A stretch of DNA of 64,000 nt from Octopus vulgaris. Lineage: Eukaryota. Both the position numbers and the translations under genes were made by a program. Below the pieces are notes generated by a model. The model made no database searches, had not been told where the DNA came from, and saw nothing but the letters and a program-made list of their open reading frames with translations. Positions 26,533 to 39,889 of this stretch are shown here, piece after piece (position 1 is the stretch's first letter; each line of letters starts with the position of its first letter). The stretch is from positions 5,580,001 to 5,644,000 of the forward strand of contig OX597819.1 of NCBI GenBank assembly GCA_951406725.2. The letters are read 5' to 3'.

Positions 26533-26745
26533 TATGTATGTGTGTGCTTGTTTGTGTGCCTGTGTTTGACCCCCAACATCGCTTGACAACCGTGTTTACG
26601 TCCCCGTAACATAGCGGTTCGGTAAAAGAGACCGATAGAATAAGTAGTGGGCTTACAAAGCATAAGTCCTGGGGTCGATTTGTTCGACTAAAGGCTGTGC
26701 TCCAGTATGGCCGCAAGCAAAATGACTGAAACAAGTAAAAAAGAG
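26284..26745 (+). mobile_element. SINE A
   Basis: family match. Confidence 0.88.
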
Positions 26746-27186
26746 AAAGAAAAAGTGTACTCCCTTTTGCCCTCTATGTTCCGGGATCCACTCCTACATA
26801 TTTTCCGAGCGGAAACCAGAAAAAAAACCTATTTATAGTAAGAGAGATTTACGTCATAGTACATACACTCACGTAAATATATGAACACCGAAGATAAATA
26901 TTGCAATTTTCATAGAATTTATATCCATTGGCCAGACCTCAAGTTAAAGTTTCTTTAAGAACACAGGTCACCAGTCTTCAGACTATGTGATCTAATTTCC
27001 GACCACTTGTAAAGAGATCCGTTGTAACATAACAAGGTTGGTAGGCATTTACCACATGTAGTTTCATAGTATTATTGTTTAGCTCCCAATAAGTTTTAAT
27101 TAAATGGACCTATGATTAAAAGCATGCCATCCGTGAACATCCCATCTTGTCATATATCAAGAGCAACATTGTTCAATTTCTTTACA

Positions 27187-27318
27187 TTAGGTTGTCCCAA
27201 AAGTTCGTAAACACTTGCGAAAATTGAATTTTTACTCGCCAAGTACTAACAAAAATTATTCCTCAAAATAAAGACCATTATTTTCCAAGACTTTCTACGA
27301 ACTTTTGGGACAACCTCA
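27187..27318. mobile_element. mariner-type MITE
   Basis: 23-bp TIR TTAGGTTGTCCCAAAAGTTCGTA / TACGAACTTTTGGGACAACCTCA, TA at right end. Confidence 0.8.
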
Positions 27319-27564
27319 TATTTAAGGCGGCAGGATGCTATTCTGAAGGAGATTTGGTTGTTACTTGTAGCAGGTCGAACAGCCATATATGATACGTAGA
27401 TAAGCTGTCAGTGTTATTATGTACAAAGTCAAAAACGAGTTTATGACAGTAATAAACAGCTATTACTAGTCTACGGCAGCTTACATTTGGGGATCCCTTC
27501 ATCCTCCACATGTATCAAATTACTTATTTTTTTGTGAACTGTTTTCCCCAAAGGAAATAAGCCA

Positions 27565-27650
27565 TATGCGTGTTTGCGTGTGTCTGTGTGTGTCTGTGTG
27601 TGTGTATGCCTGTACGCGTGCGTGTATGCACGTATATACATATACATACA

Positions 27651-27686
<36 letters not shown>

Positions 27687-27754
27687 TGTATATATATGTA
27701 TATATATATATATACATATATATATATGTATACATATATATATGTATATATATG

Positions 27755-27842
<88 letters not shown>

Positions 27843-27945
27843 TGTATACATACACACACTCTCACTCATGTGCGTGTGTGTATGTGTGAACATATAAATA
27901 TATGTACATCTATATATATGTGTGTGTGTGTGTATATGTATGTTT
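27565..27945. repeat. TG/TACA/TA microsatellite complex
   Basis: direct reading. Confidence 0.9.
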
Positions 27946-28699
27946 GCAACATGTTTGTATCTCTTTCTCTCTCCCTTTTCTCCCCTCCCCTCCCCCTCTC
28001 ATTATATATATAAGAATAGTCTTTCCATCGTCTTGGCTTTACAACCCTCATCGTTTGTTTTTACTGTTTTTTTCCTCATTGTTCTGTCTTTTACCGTTTT
28101 TACTTTTTTATTTTTACTGTTTTGTTCTCACTGTCCTGTTCTTGTTACCACTTTCACCCTCCGCAAAATATCCCAAATTTTATTTGATTTGCTTTGCGGG
28201 AAGGATAGTTTCAACGGAGTCGCGTCTTGTCCTTACCTTCGGAACACGGAGTAGATGAAACAGGGACAGCTGAAGACGGGGAATATTCCTTGTGTTGTAT
28301 GTCTTATACTCTGCTTTTTCGTTGTTTGAAAAAATGTTCGTTTCTATGTTTTTGTTTTTATGTTTTCGTTTCTCATTGTGTTCAACGTTTTTCTTTATGT
28401 CCTGTACCCATATATGCATGTATATATACATATATAAGTAGGTATGTACATATATGTATGTATATATGCATATATTTATAAATTATTTATATTATTATAT
28501 GACCGAACGCCACGCATCCTTTTCCAAGTAAGTTTTATCTTAATATATAATAAATATATATACATACACGCATATATTACATGTACATAAACTATCTATG
28601 TAATATATACATATATATGCTTGTATGAATGAATGTATATATATATATACATATGAAGATACGTGGATATATATGTATGTATGTAGCGTTTGTTGTTTA

Positions 28700-28919
28700 T
28701 CTTTCATCTTCTACTTGTTTCACTCATTAGATAGCGGCCATGATGGGACACTGCTTTGGATGGTGGAACGAATCAACACCGCCACCAGTATTTATGCTTA
28801 AAGCTTGGTTCTTATTCTATGGTTCTCATTTGGTCGAGTCGCTAAGTTACGGAGATGTAAACAAACAGAAATCGGTTATCAAGTGGTATTGTTGGTAAAC
28901 GCAAAAAGACACACTCACA

Positions 28920-28920
<1 letters not shown>
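28700..28920 (-). mobile_element. Diverged SINE A 3' half
   Basis: family similarity. Confidence 0.6.
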
Positions 28921-28955
<35 letters not shown>

Positions 28956-28987
28956 TTTATTTTAAGCAGCAGAAAATTCAACAAAAT

Positions 28988-29025
28988 CTGTTACTCTGAG
29001 TTTCTCGTTGCCGTTCATCAGATGG
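28988..29025 (-). ncRNA. Degenerate minimal hammerhead motif
   Basis: minus: CUGAUGA ACG-GCAA-CGA GAAAC UCAGA GUA ACAG; helix I not paired in this copy. Confidence 0.45.
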
Positions 29026-29091
29026 AACTTTACCCGCTGGATTTTTCTCTCTCTTTTTTCCACCTTGTTTCACATTTATGTGTTTACTCCG

Positions 29092-29166
<75 letters not shown>

Positions 29167-29169
<3 letters not shown>

Positions 29170-29497
29170 TTATATATAAAAGTGAAGTTGTGTGTCTGTC
29201 TCCTACGATTTAGATTCCTAACTACTCCCACATTTTGCGGTGCGATGTAACCAAAAGCGGGTATCTTATAGTCGCGATTCATATCGAGCCCTTCTGGGTA
29301 TTAGCGCGCGTCTACGATGAGTCTACGATTTTAAAAAAATTACCATCATTTTATCCCATTTTTAATGCATTTTTTTGCTATTATATAAAGGAAGTAACTC
29401 TCTAAAAATGTCTACGATGAGTCAACGATTTAAAAAAAAATTACCATATATAGTTATTTCCCTTACAAACCCGAGCAACGCCGGGCGATACTGCTAG
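29167..29497 (+). mobile_element. Non-autonomous Helitron inserted in (TA)n
   Basis: A|TCTTTATATATAAA start; CCCGAGCAACGCCGGG hairpin then CTAG|T. Confidence 0.85.
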
Positions 29498-29504
29498 TAT
29501 ATAA

Positions 29505-29576
<72 letters not shown>

Positions 29577-29582
29577 ATTTAT

Positions 29583-29704
29583 ATGACAGGCTTCTTTCAG
29601 TTTCCGCCTACCATCTTCGCTCACAAGGCCTTTTGTCGACTCGGGACCATAGTAGAAGACACCTGTTTAAGTTGCCACGCAGTGGAACTGAACCTGGAAT
29701 CATG
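29583..29704 (-). mobile_element. SINE A, partial 5' half
   Basis: family similarity. Confidence 0.65.
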
Positions 29705-30335
29705 CAATATATTTATTAAATATGCATATACAAAACAGGTGCACGTAAACATACAGTCATGTAGGTTATGTCTATTTATGTTTATTTGCAAATCATAGTA
29801 ATATATATGGATATATACACGCGAAGGCTTTTCACGCTGTAGATGTATTTTTGTTTATCAATTTTACTTTTGATGTATTGTATCGTGCTGTACTGTAATT
29901 TTCTTAAGTTTTGCCCTTGTGGCAAATGTGGAAAATCATTTTCCTTTTCGCTTTTCTTTAGGCTTTTCATTACCTGAGCCATTGCTTTCTCTTCCGGACT
30001 TTCATTGCCAGTTATTCTTTAAATTGTTTTCTCAAACACAATTTAAACAGAGGAAGTGAACAACATCGTAAAACAGTCCCCTAAAGAAGCAGCTGTCACA
30101 TAAACAAACTTGGGTTTCTTTCGTAACAGTTTAGACGGTTCTCTTGCGAATTTTAAAGAGAAAAGTAATAAAAGAATTATTTCAGCCGAAGAAACATTTT
30201 CCAAGAATAATAATGCACGACATAAATATGAAAGATGAGGACATTAGTGGGAGAGTATCAGATAAATTGATAACTGATTACTAAATTTATTTCACGCGTT
30301 GATATATTACTATTCAATAGTTTTTAGATTTCTAA

Positions 30336-30728
30336 GGCGCAGGAGTGGCTGTGTGGTAAGTAGCTTGCTTACCAACCACATGGTTCTGGGTTCAGTCCCA
30401 CTGCGTGGCAACTTGGGCAAGTGTCTTCTGCTATAGCCTCGGGCTGACCAATGCCTTGTGAGTGGATTTGGTAGACGGAAACTGAAAGAAGCCTGTCGTA
30501 TATATGTATATGTATGTATGTTTGTGTGTCTGTGTTTGTCCCCCTAGCATTGCTTGACAACCGATGCTAGTGTGTTTACGTCCCTGTCACTTAGCGGTTC
30601 GGCAAAAGAGACCGATGGAATAAGTACTGGGCTTACAAAGAATAAGTCCCGAGGTCGATTTGCTCGACTAAAGGCGGTGCTCCAGCATGGCCGCAGTCAA
30701 ATGACTGAAACAAGTAAAAGAGAGAGTA
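30336..30728 (+). mobile_element. SINE A
   Basis: full-length family match. Confidence 0.9.
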
Positions 30729-30947
30729 ACTTAATCATTTTCTTTTCCAAAGCTTCACTTTAAGATTCCGCTCACGAGTTTCACTCGCTCAGAAGGAAAA
30801 TGATGTCCTTATTACCAGCAGAATATTTTCCGCTTGAAGCACGTTTGTTCTCGTATTGGAACCTTGAATAGACATCGGGAGGAAATGAATAAAAGGAAAC
30901 ATTCGCGTCAATACACCACAACTTCCCGTATTTTATATTGGTATCTA

Positions 30948-31736
30948 CAGGTTGTTCGGGTTAAATTTGACAGTTTGCATGAAAGGAAGAGAAAACACAA
31001 CATCCCATCCAAAATAATGATAAAAAAATCGTATTAACTAGTTTTATGGCAAGGAGATAACAATTTATTCAAAGTAGCCGCCCTCAGATTCCCCCATAGC
31101 CCCAGGTCGGCTTCGGAAACTGGCGCATGCTTTCCTCACTATGTCCTTGGGAAGATCTAACTCTTCCTTGATATTGACCTCCTATTCGTCCTTGGTGTTG
31201 CAAGCAGAGCGGTTGGTGTCTTTCTCATACGCGCCCATACATTATAATCCATAGGATTACAATTGAGGGAATTAAAAGGCCAGAAATTGGGGCTGGTGAA
31301 GTGGTAAAAATTCTCCGACAACTACTTCTGACTCTTACCGGAGGTGTGGCAAGGACCGAAATCCTTCTGGCAGCAACCCTCTCTAGTAAGGGTTTGAACA
31401 TAGTCTCCAGCAGCTTCACATAGCCGTGTGAATTGAGCTTAAAGCTTGGTTTTTATGATGTCCCTATCATGTTTTACAACAAACCTTTACAGTGTTCACT
31501 GAGTATTGAGCAGTGGTCACGATGTCGGCATTTTGACACCCGGCGCAAATCCTCATGATACAGCTTACTGTTTTCCAATATTCAGATGGCTTCCAGTTTT
31601 CCATGTCATCTAACTTTTTCTCTTCTACAATTTTAATTTCTATGTTCACAAGCTCTGTTAACTGTTCACCAGTACATAAAGCTGTTCTTGAAAAAAGGAG
31701 ACGTGAAAAACAGTCAAATTAAGCCCAAACATCCTG
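30948..31736 (-). mobile_element. Tc1/mariner-superfamily (maT/rosa-like) deleted DNA transposon
   Basis: imperfect TIRs CAGGTTGTTCGGGTTAAATTTGAC / GTCAAATTAAGCCCAAACATCCTG; minus-strand 'WPFNSLNCNPMDYNVW' resembles WPxxSPDxNPxD. Confidence 0.7.
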
Positions 31737-33056
31737 CATTTGACTGGACACAGCAAAGAATTTTGTTGAGGGCTGACATTGAATATTACTCGTTATTTTT
31801 TCAACTGCGTATAAGAAGCAAATCAAAACGTGATAAACTTAGAAGCAACTCGTACAAGAATATAACTAAGGTCATCTACTATTTCTTCATCTCCCATAGC
31901 TTTTCTCTCTCTTATTGTCGAGGACTTTCTTGTCGTAGACGACTGATGAGGATCCTGCAATTTCTTGCTGAACAACACGCATAGAGGATTTGTGTTACAG
32001 TGAATAAATGTTTGTGCTTTACATTAATTCACTCCCTCCGTGAAATAGATTGTTTCCTGAACATGTCAGATGTCGAAGTGATCGCAGAGCAACATGAGAT
32101 GAAGTGTTTTACTCAAGATCACAGTGCATTGCCCAGTTTAGGAATCGAAATCAAATCTTGCAATTGTGAGTACAATACTCTTACTACCTGGCCACGTGCC
32201 TTTGTATTCTATACACAAAGATATTCAGATAGTCTACCCTCATTAGAAACTACGTAAATTCAGTCCATGGAAAGGATATCGCAGTGGAATATAAAGAGGG
32301 ATGAAAATCGAAAGATCAATATTCGCCTCCAAAATTTACCTCTTTATTCAAGTTACTGTGAAATAGGTTGGTTACAACTGACTAACAAAGATGTCTACAC
32401 AAAAATATTTTGTTTCAGTAACATTGACCCATTTGCAAACACATTCAACCCATGTTCATGGCCAACATAAAAGTGCATCTCTTTGAAAATTCTTTCGAAT
32501 TTTCTTTAGTTTTGTGTGTCGTACATTCAGTCTTCTGGGACCTCCCAGACTAGTGATGGTCGATAAAGAGATAACATGGACGAGGTTATCGTAGTTTTGG
32601 AGAAGAAGGATTAGATGAATCAGTTAGCAGGGTGTGTGATGATCTGTAATTTTAGGGCAGTACGAATCGTTTAGCAAAGTAGAAGAGACGGAAGAGGGTT
32701 AGGAGATAAGCCGCGTTGTTGAGTGAAGGTTTGTTCGGATAAGCTAGTTTTGCATGCGATCTATACTTGCAAATACTTGTTTGCTTGTGTGCGTGCGTAT
32801 ATATATACGAAACAAGTTTAAAATAATGGTCATTACATATTTTTCCTTTACTGGACCAATTTTGGCTTACAGCTGTTTCCAATAATCAATATAGTAAATT
32901 TACATTATTGTAAATTTACTCAATTGTTTTATTGATCAATTGAGGACTATTGAACGACCTAAGAAAATTAATGCTATTTTTCTCAGAACCCTTTTTGGTG
33001 TGCCAACAGAGAGCTTATGGAGTATGTTGCCCGAATTGATAATCCCTCATTATTTG

Positions 33057-33057
<1 letters not shown>

Positions 33058-33128
<71 letters not shown>

Positions 33129-33177
33129 GTATGTATATATATATATATGTATGTATGTATATATGTATGTATGTATG

Positions 33178-33248
<71 letters not shown>
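33058..33248. repeat. TA/TATG/TG microsatellite
   Basis: direct reading. Confidence 0.95.
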
Positions 33249-33299
33249 AGCCCATAAGAAATTGTCTTTACTTTCCTGTAGGTGATTTTACTTTGAAGA

Positions 33300-34850
33300 G
33301 GTGCGCGCCCAGTATCAAATATTATCGAGTACCATGGAGTAGCGATATGTTTCTCGCAAGCTGAGTTTGCACATAAAGATGTGTTTCTCCGCTTGAAAAT
33401 TGTTGGTTCAATCTATTCTTTGTACTCACAATTTCCCCCTTGTCAGTAAAGTAGATGGCGAGCTAGATAGATAAAGAAGGCCCTCCAAACATACTTATAA
33501 ACATGAAGAAGGTTTGAGCGGTGATCCAATGACCCTTTGAGCATTTCTAGATAGTCTAATTTTAAGTAAAGTTTTAGTACGGTTATATATTTGTGCGTTA
33601 GTGTACAAATGTGAACTAAATATTTTATCGCTCCTCATTACGAAGTTCCAGTTACATCCAGTTCAATTTCATCCTTTCATCACCGCGATGGATATATTTG
33701 TTGGTTTTATAGAATTGTCTGAGGAGAAAAGGCAGAGCCTCAGAAACTGGTGGACGAAAATAAAGGGAAATCCGGACCTTTTCTGTCAGATATGGTTTGA
33801 ATGTATTCCATAGTGTTACTGCGGCTAATAGCACTCAAGGGAGGGTAGGTGACGTCATAGCAGGTGGTGGATTAGCTGAACAAAGAGAGGTTCAGAGCGG
33901 TATTGGGATGGAAGCACTCCGTCGGTTACGACGACGAGGGTTCCGGTTGATCCGAATCAACGGAACAGCCTGCTCGTGAAATTAACGTGCAAGTGGCTGA
34001 GTACTCCACAGACCCGTGTAACCCTTAACGTAGTTCTCGGGAGAGATTCAGCGTGACACAGAGAGTGACAAGGCTGGCTCTTTGAAATACAGGTACAACA
34101 GAAACAGGAAGTAAGAGTGAGAGAAAGTTGTGGTGAAAGAGTACAGCAGGGATCACCACCATCCCCTGCCGGAGCCTCGTGGAGCTTTAGGTGTTTTCGC
34201 TCAATAAACACTCACAACGCCCGGTCTGGGAATCGAAACCGCGATCCTATGACCGCGAGTCCGCTGCCCTAACCACTGGGCCATTGCGCCTCCACTCAGA
34301 GCGGTATTACCTCATGTTTCACGTCGAGCAGGACGTGTGACTCGGTTTACCTTTTCGATTGAGGGTATTTCATTTCACTTCTGTTTCAAGTTAATTGCTT
34401 AGGGATAGTCGCATTCTAATCTCATGTTATGAGTCATTGTGTTTGAGTTAGTAATAGCAGATTGCCATATTAAGTGTCATTTTTAGTTTCATATTTTCCT
34501 TTCTGAACCAAATCCCACTGGATTCTACTTGCACTACGTCATTCTGTGGTCGAGTTATTTACAGGTTTGTTCATTTGACAATTCGTAGTTTTAGCCAATG
34601 TAAAAATTAAAAAATATTCTATGTTCTTAGACAAGGTCAGTTTGAAAATCTTATCTTGAAACAAGCTAACCAACTCGAAGAAAGTTTAATAGTACCCGAA
34701 TTTATACACCATTGACTTGTCAATAATCGAATCAAATAGAAAGTAAAAATGTGTATTGGTGTACTTGGAGCTTTCGTTGCAGTAGGAACTACTGTACTTG
34801 TAATGCGATATTTGTGCATGGTGTCCTTGAGTGATTGTATGTGCGAATAC
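33300..34850 (-). pseudogene. Highly degraded Penelope-like RT remnant, split by SINE B
   Basis: fragments resembling LPFL..YRKPTN..YIH and P.V....AP.....YL..LL; weak. Confidence 0.35.
33905..34295 (-). mobile_element. SINE B
   Basis: TSD TCAGAGCGGTATT at 33892-33904 and 34296-34308. Confidence 0.92.
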
Positions 34851-35920
34851 GTTGGTCTATTGAGGTGTATTTAACCAGACATGTATAATGGAGGAACTGT
34901 ATTTCAAATATATTAATATATTTGAGCATGTGTACACTTATACGTACATACGGTCACATATACGTCATGTATACATACATATTACATATGCTTTATGGGA
35001 GCTGCTCCAAAGTGCCTTCAGTTTATTTTACTATTCATTCTCTCAGGGCTGATATCATATAGATATTATATTGCAGTCACTTGCCTATACCTTCTCTAAT
35101 AAATCTGGCCATTGTGTTGACTCGAAATAAATAATTGGAAATGAAGCCTGGTGACTTACGAATCATAATTATAAACTTAGCGGGGTTGTCGTTGAAGTGG
35201 AATGCCGGACTTCATGAATCAGGCTTTAGATTTTTAAAAGTCAATAATTCAAACCCAATTGATATAATAATTACTAACTGAATTAGTAATTTCAGTCAAA
35301 GAATGAAATTAGTTATATTGAGATTTTCTTCAATCAATTTTCAGTAGTGAGCTGTTCCTCTCTTAATTTATAAATTTATCAACAAACACAACATGCTTTT
35401 ATAATGAGAGAGCTGGGGAGATAAAGTCCTGCATCGAAACTTAGATAAATAGCAGACAATTTATAATAGTCGATGAAAATTCATTATATAGCGGCAAATG
35501 ACTGTGGAGTTCACTGCACCAGAAATCTCTCTCGCATCTGTTTCTGAAACTAGAGTTTCTTTAAACCTTTGCCTGTTCTAAGTATTTTCATAGGTCTCCT
35601 CTTTAACGTCCTTGCTTGTTTTCAGACTTTTACTCAACTCTTGTTTCGTACGTTCTGTGTAATATAAAGCTTTCCTTTCATACGTTCCAAGTTGCTCTGG
35701 TGTTGAAAACAATTGGTAACGTGTATCAAAGATGATGTATGGAGGCTAAGAAAAATTGCCCTGTGTATTACATGTGATACGCAGAACAGGCGCAGAATTT
35801 TCGGCAAGAATATTCTTTCTCACGTCAATAAAATAATTCTTCGTAATGTTGGCACAGGACAATTTTGAGGAAGGAAGTTGATTACATCGATCCCAGTGCT
35901 GAACGGATTCTTATTCTAGC

Positions 35921-36291
35921 GGGGGGGGGGGGGAGCACTCCGTCGGTTACGACGACAAGGGTTCCGGTTGATCCGATCAACGGAACAGCCTGCTCGTGAA
36001 ATTAACGTGTAAGTGGATGAGCACTCCACAGACACGTGTACCCTTACCGTTGTTCTCGGGGATATTCAGCGTGACACAGAGAGTGACAAGGCCGGCCCTT
36101 TGAAATACAGGAGTGAGAGAAAGTTGTGGCGAAAGAGTACAGCAGGGCTCACCACCATCCCCTGCCGGAGCCTCGTGGAGCTTTAGGTGTTTTCGCTCAA
36201 TAAACACTCACAACGCCCGGTCTGGGAATCGAAACCGCGATCCTACGACCGCGAGTCCGCTGCCCTAACCACTGGGCCATTGCGCCTCCAC
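35921..36291 (-). mobile_element. SINE B with small internal deletion and poly-C tail
   Basis: family match; TCTTATTCTA on both sides. Confidence 0.9.
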
Positions 36292-36440
36292 TCTTATTCT
36301 ATATACCTTGGACGGATGACAAGCAAAATCAATCGCGGCGGAATTAGAACTAAAAACGTAAAAACAAGCGTTTTGTGCCGTGCTTCGAAGATCGTTCCAG
36401 CTCGTCACGCTCACCTTAATGATAATAATTATATCAACTT

Positions 36441-36660
36441 AAGGCGGTGAGCTGGCAGAAACGTTAGCACGCCGGATGAAATGCTTAGCGGCATTTCGTC
36501 TGTCCTTATGTTCTGAGTTCAAATTATCCCGAGATCGACTTTGCCTTTCATCCTTTCGCGGTGGATAAATTAAGAACCAGTTGCGTACTGGGGTCGGTCT
36601 AATCACCTGGCCCCACTCCCACAAAATTTCGGGCCTTGTGCCTAGAGTAGAAAAGAATAA
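36441..36660 (+). mobile_element. SINE E
   Basis: full-length family match. Confidence 0.88.
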
Positions 36661-36849
36661 TTGTATCAACTTAAGGCACAAGGTTAGTAATTTTAGGGGT
36701 AAACATTGTCTATTATTTGACCAGTACTTTATTTTGGCGACCCTAAAAGGGTTGAAAAGCAGAGTAAACTTCGGCGGATGTGAACCGCTAAACATTTTGT
36801 CTGGTATACTAACAATTTTACTAGCTCGCCATCTTAATAAGTATAATAA

Positions 36850-37608
36850 TTATTCTTTCTATTTTTGGTATAATGTTTGCAGATTTGATGGGGATGGGAT
36901 AACTCGATTACACAAACCACACTACTTAACTAGTACTTGACCAAAGAATGAAAGGCAAAGTCGACCTCGGCGGAGTTTGAACTCAGAACGTAAAGACGGA
37001 CGAAATACCTATTTCTTTTCTACCCACAAGCGGCTAAACACAGAGGAGACAAACAAGGACAGACAGACGGATTAAGTCGATTATATCGACTCCAGTGCGT
37101 AACTGGTACTTAATTTATCGACCCCGAAAGGATGAAAGGCAAAGTCGGCCTCGGTGGAATTTGAACTCAGAACATAGCGGCAGACGAAATACCTATTTCT
37201 TTACTACCCACAAGGGGCTAAACACAGAGGAGACAAACAAGGACAGACAAACGGATTAAGTCGATTATATCGACTCCTGTGCGTAACTGGTACTTAATTT
37301 ATTGACCCCGAAAGGATGAAAGGCAAAGTCGGCCTCGGTGGAATTTGAACTCAGAACATAGCGGCAGACGAAATACCTATTTCTTTACTACCCACAAGGG
37401 GCTAAACACAGAGAGGGCAAACAAGGACAGACAAACGGATTAAGTCGATTATATCGACCCAGTGCGTAACTGGTACTTAATTTATCGACCCCAAAAGGAT
37501 GAAATGCAAAGTCGACCTCGCGGAATTTGAACTCAGAACGCAGTGGCAGACGAAATACCGCTAAGCATTTCGTCTGTAGTGTTAACAGTGCTGTGAGGTC
37601 GCGGCCTT
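36850..37608 (-). repeat. Head-to-tail tandem array of ~184-bp SINE E units
   Basis: units start at 37009, 37194 and 37378 with identical GAAATACC|TATTTC junctions. Confidence 0.88.
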
Positions 37609-37627
37609 GATGATAATAATAATTATT

Positions 37628-38010
37628 ATTTCAAATTTTTGCCACAAGGGCAGCTTGGGGGAGATAAGGACGAATCGATTACATCGACCCCAGTGTTAAA
37701 CTGGTACTTATTTTATTGAGTTCGAAAGGAAGAAAGGCAAAGTCGACCTTGGCGGAATTTGAACTCAGAACGTAGCGACGGGCGAAATACGACTAAGCAT
37801 ATTGTCCAGCGTGTTGACGATCCTACCAGCTCGCCGCTTTCAATAATTATAATATTAATAATTGATTATCCTTTCTACTATAGGCACAAGGTCCGAAATT
37901 TGTGGGAAGGAGACTAATCGATATATCGACACCAGTGTTTCACTGGTGCTTAATTTATTGACCCCGAAAGGATGAAAGGCAAAGTCGACCTCGGAATTTG
38001 AACCCAGAAC
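37628..38010 (-). mobile_element. Two further SINE E copies
   Basis: family motifs at 37628-37840 and 37870-38010. Confidence 0.8.
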
Positions 38011-38024
38011 TTAATAATAATAAC

Positions 38025-38080
<56 letters not shown>

Positions 38081-38097
38081 TAATAATAATAATAATG

Positions 38098-38129
<32 letters not shown>

Positions 38130-38172
38130 GATGATAATGATAATGATAATAATAATAAGAAGAAGAATAATA
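38011..38172. repeat. (AAT)n/(GAT)n microsatellite
   Basis: direct reading. Confidence 0.95.
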
Positions 38173-38705
38173 ACTGATTGGAAGTGTTATCATGTACATT
38201 GTTTTGTCTTGGTATAAAAGATGGTCTACAGCAAATATTCTGCTCAATGCCACGGATTTGCATGTGAGTTGCTTGACCTTAATCAGTTGAGCATGTCCCT
38301 TCGTGGCTGACGATGTGTGCATCTCTGATCACCAGCAGAAATGGTGGTTGAGGGGGGCATCGTAGCCATATGTTGAGAGGAATTCTTTGGGTTTTGAATA
38401 CTTCGTCTCTGGAAGTATGGGTGTTTCGTTCAACATCCTTAAACAACCCTTATTCGGGGACCTTTTGAACGGAATGGGCTACTCAACCTGAGGAAAATTC
38501 TAACTGTGCCTCACCTGCAAGGTTATGTGTTGTTTATCTTGAGATGAGATCACCATGTCGCGCACATATGGCTATGATGCCTCGTGTATCCTTATCAGAC
38601 GTGTAGTCATGATGGGCATATTGGGCTTTCGTATATTTGTACCCAGTGTCACTCTGTTGGCATTGCACTGCTCTCTCACCCAATAATAAGTATGATAATA
38701 GTGAT

Positions 38706-38915
38706 ATCAAATTTCTGCACAAGGCCAGCAATTTCGGGGTCGTGGAGGTAAGTGGATTATATCGATCCCAGTGCTTAACTGATACCTATTTTATCGATTC
38801 CGAAAGGATGAAAGGCAAAGTTGACCTTGGCAGAATTTGAACTCAAAACGTAAAGACGGACGAAATGCCGCTGAGCATTTTGCCTGGCGTGGTAACGTTC
38901 TGCCAGCTCACACCC

Positions 38916-38916
<1 letters not shown>
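38706..38916 (-). mobile_element. SINE E
   Basis: family match. Confidence 0.85.
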
Positions 38917-38973
<57 letters not shown>

Positions 38974-39889
38974 TTTCATTTATTTGCCACCAGGGAGAAA
39001 GGTGAAAGAAACAATACACAAAGACAGTCATAAAATGTGCGTGTGTGTGTGTGGTTTAAATATAATGAAATAATAATAAAGAAATGATCGAAAGTATACG
39101 CGGGAATAGAAGGGAAATATACAAAGCATACAATAATAAAGGGAAAGAAGTGGGGGAAAGGACTATAGTGATGTGGTCCTGCTACAAGAGGACCTCTTGG
39201 GATAATGAAGGAACCCCCACCAAATGGAATTCTGAGTATACCATCTTCTTTACTCGTGATTACATTAAAAATGTATTCCCTTTTTTAATAAGGTGCGGGA
39301 GTTCAGAGGTATTTGTCTTCTATTTCTAGTCGATCGAACGACCATATATAGTGCTCCCTTATTTGGCAGAATTGTTTAAACAACGCAGAGCCGTCCACGA
39401 CAACAATTCTGATATCAGAGGGGTGGGTGGGTGGAGGCGGTGGTGATGGCGGCGGCGGTGGTGATGGCGGCGGCGGCGGCAGTAATGGTAGTAGTGGCGG
39501 TGGTGGTGGTGACGGTAGCCATACTGTTAAACTTGTCATGCACTGCTGTTAGGTTTTGTGCTTTGTCATTTATATCAATGACCGAGGAGATAACAGTCGT
39601 CCCATTCTTCTCCACTCCCCGCAGTGTCATCAACTTAATGTCATTTAACTGTCATATCCTCTTCCACTCCCCTCCACTCATCATCAGAATGACACCTCTT
39701 ATTTATTTTCGCCTAATTCCACATTATCATTTAATTCCCTTTTTCTTCCATTTCCTCACCAGGTGTGTTCTACATATGACATGCTGATTTAATTGAGAAG
39801 CAAAAACAAAATAGCTACAAGTTGAGTCACTGAACTAATTTACTTCTAAAGTAGTGCAGCTAATGAAGTAATTGACAGATAGTCGTTGA

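Noticed and set aside
29782-30300. Possible LINE ORF1 esterase-like remnant on the minus strand (EKPSRIYIH..DL)
   Set aside because: Too short and degraded to support without a profile search.
36948-37608. Regularly spaced repeats resembling a CRISPR array
   Set aside because: Whole ~184-bp units repeat with no unique spacers, there are no cas genes, and the sequence is a eukaryotic SINE.
39303-39633. Proline/Ala/Thr-rich ORFs
   Set aside because: They arise from a GGC/GGT trinucleotide tract; no splice or domain support.
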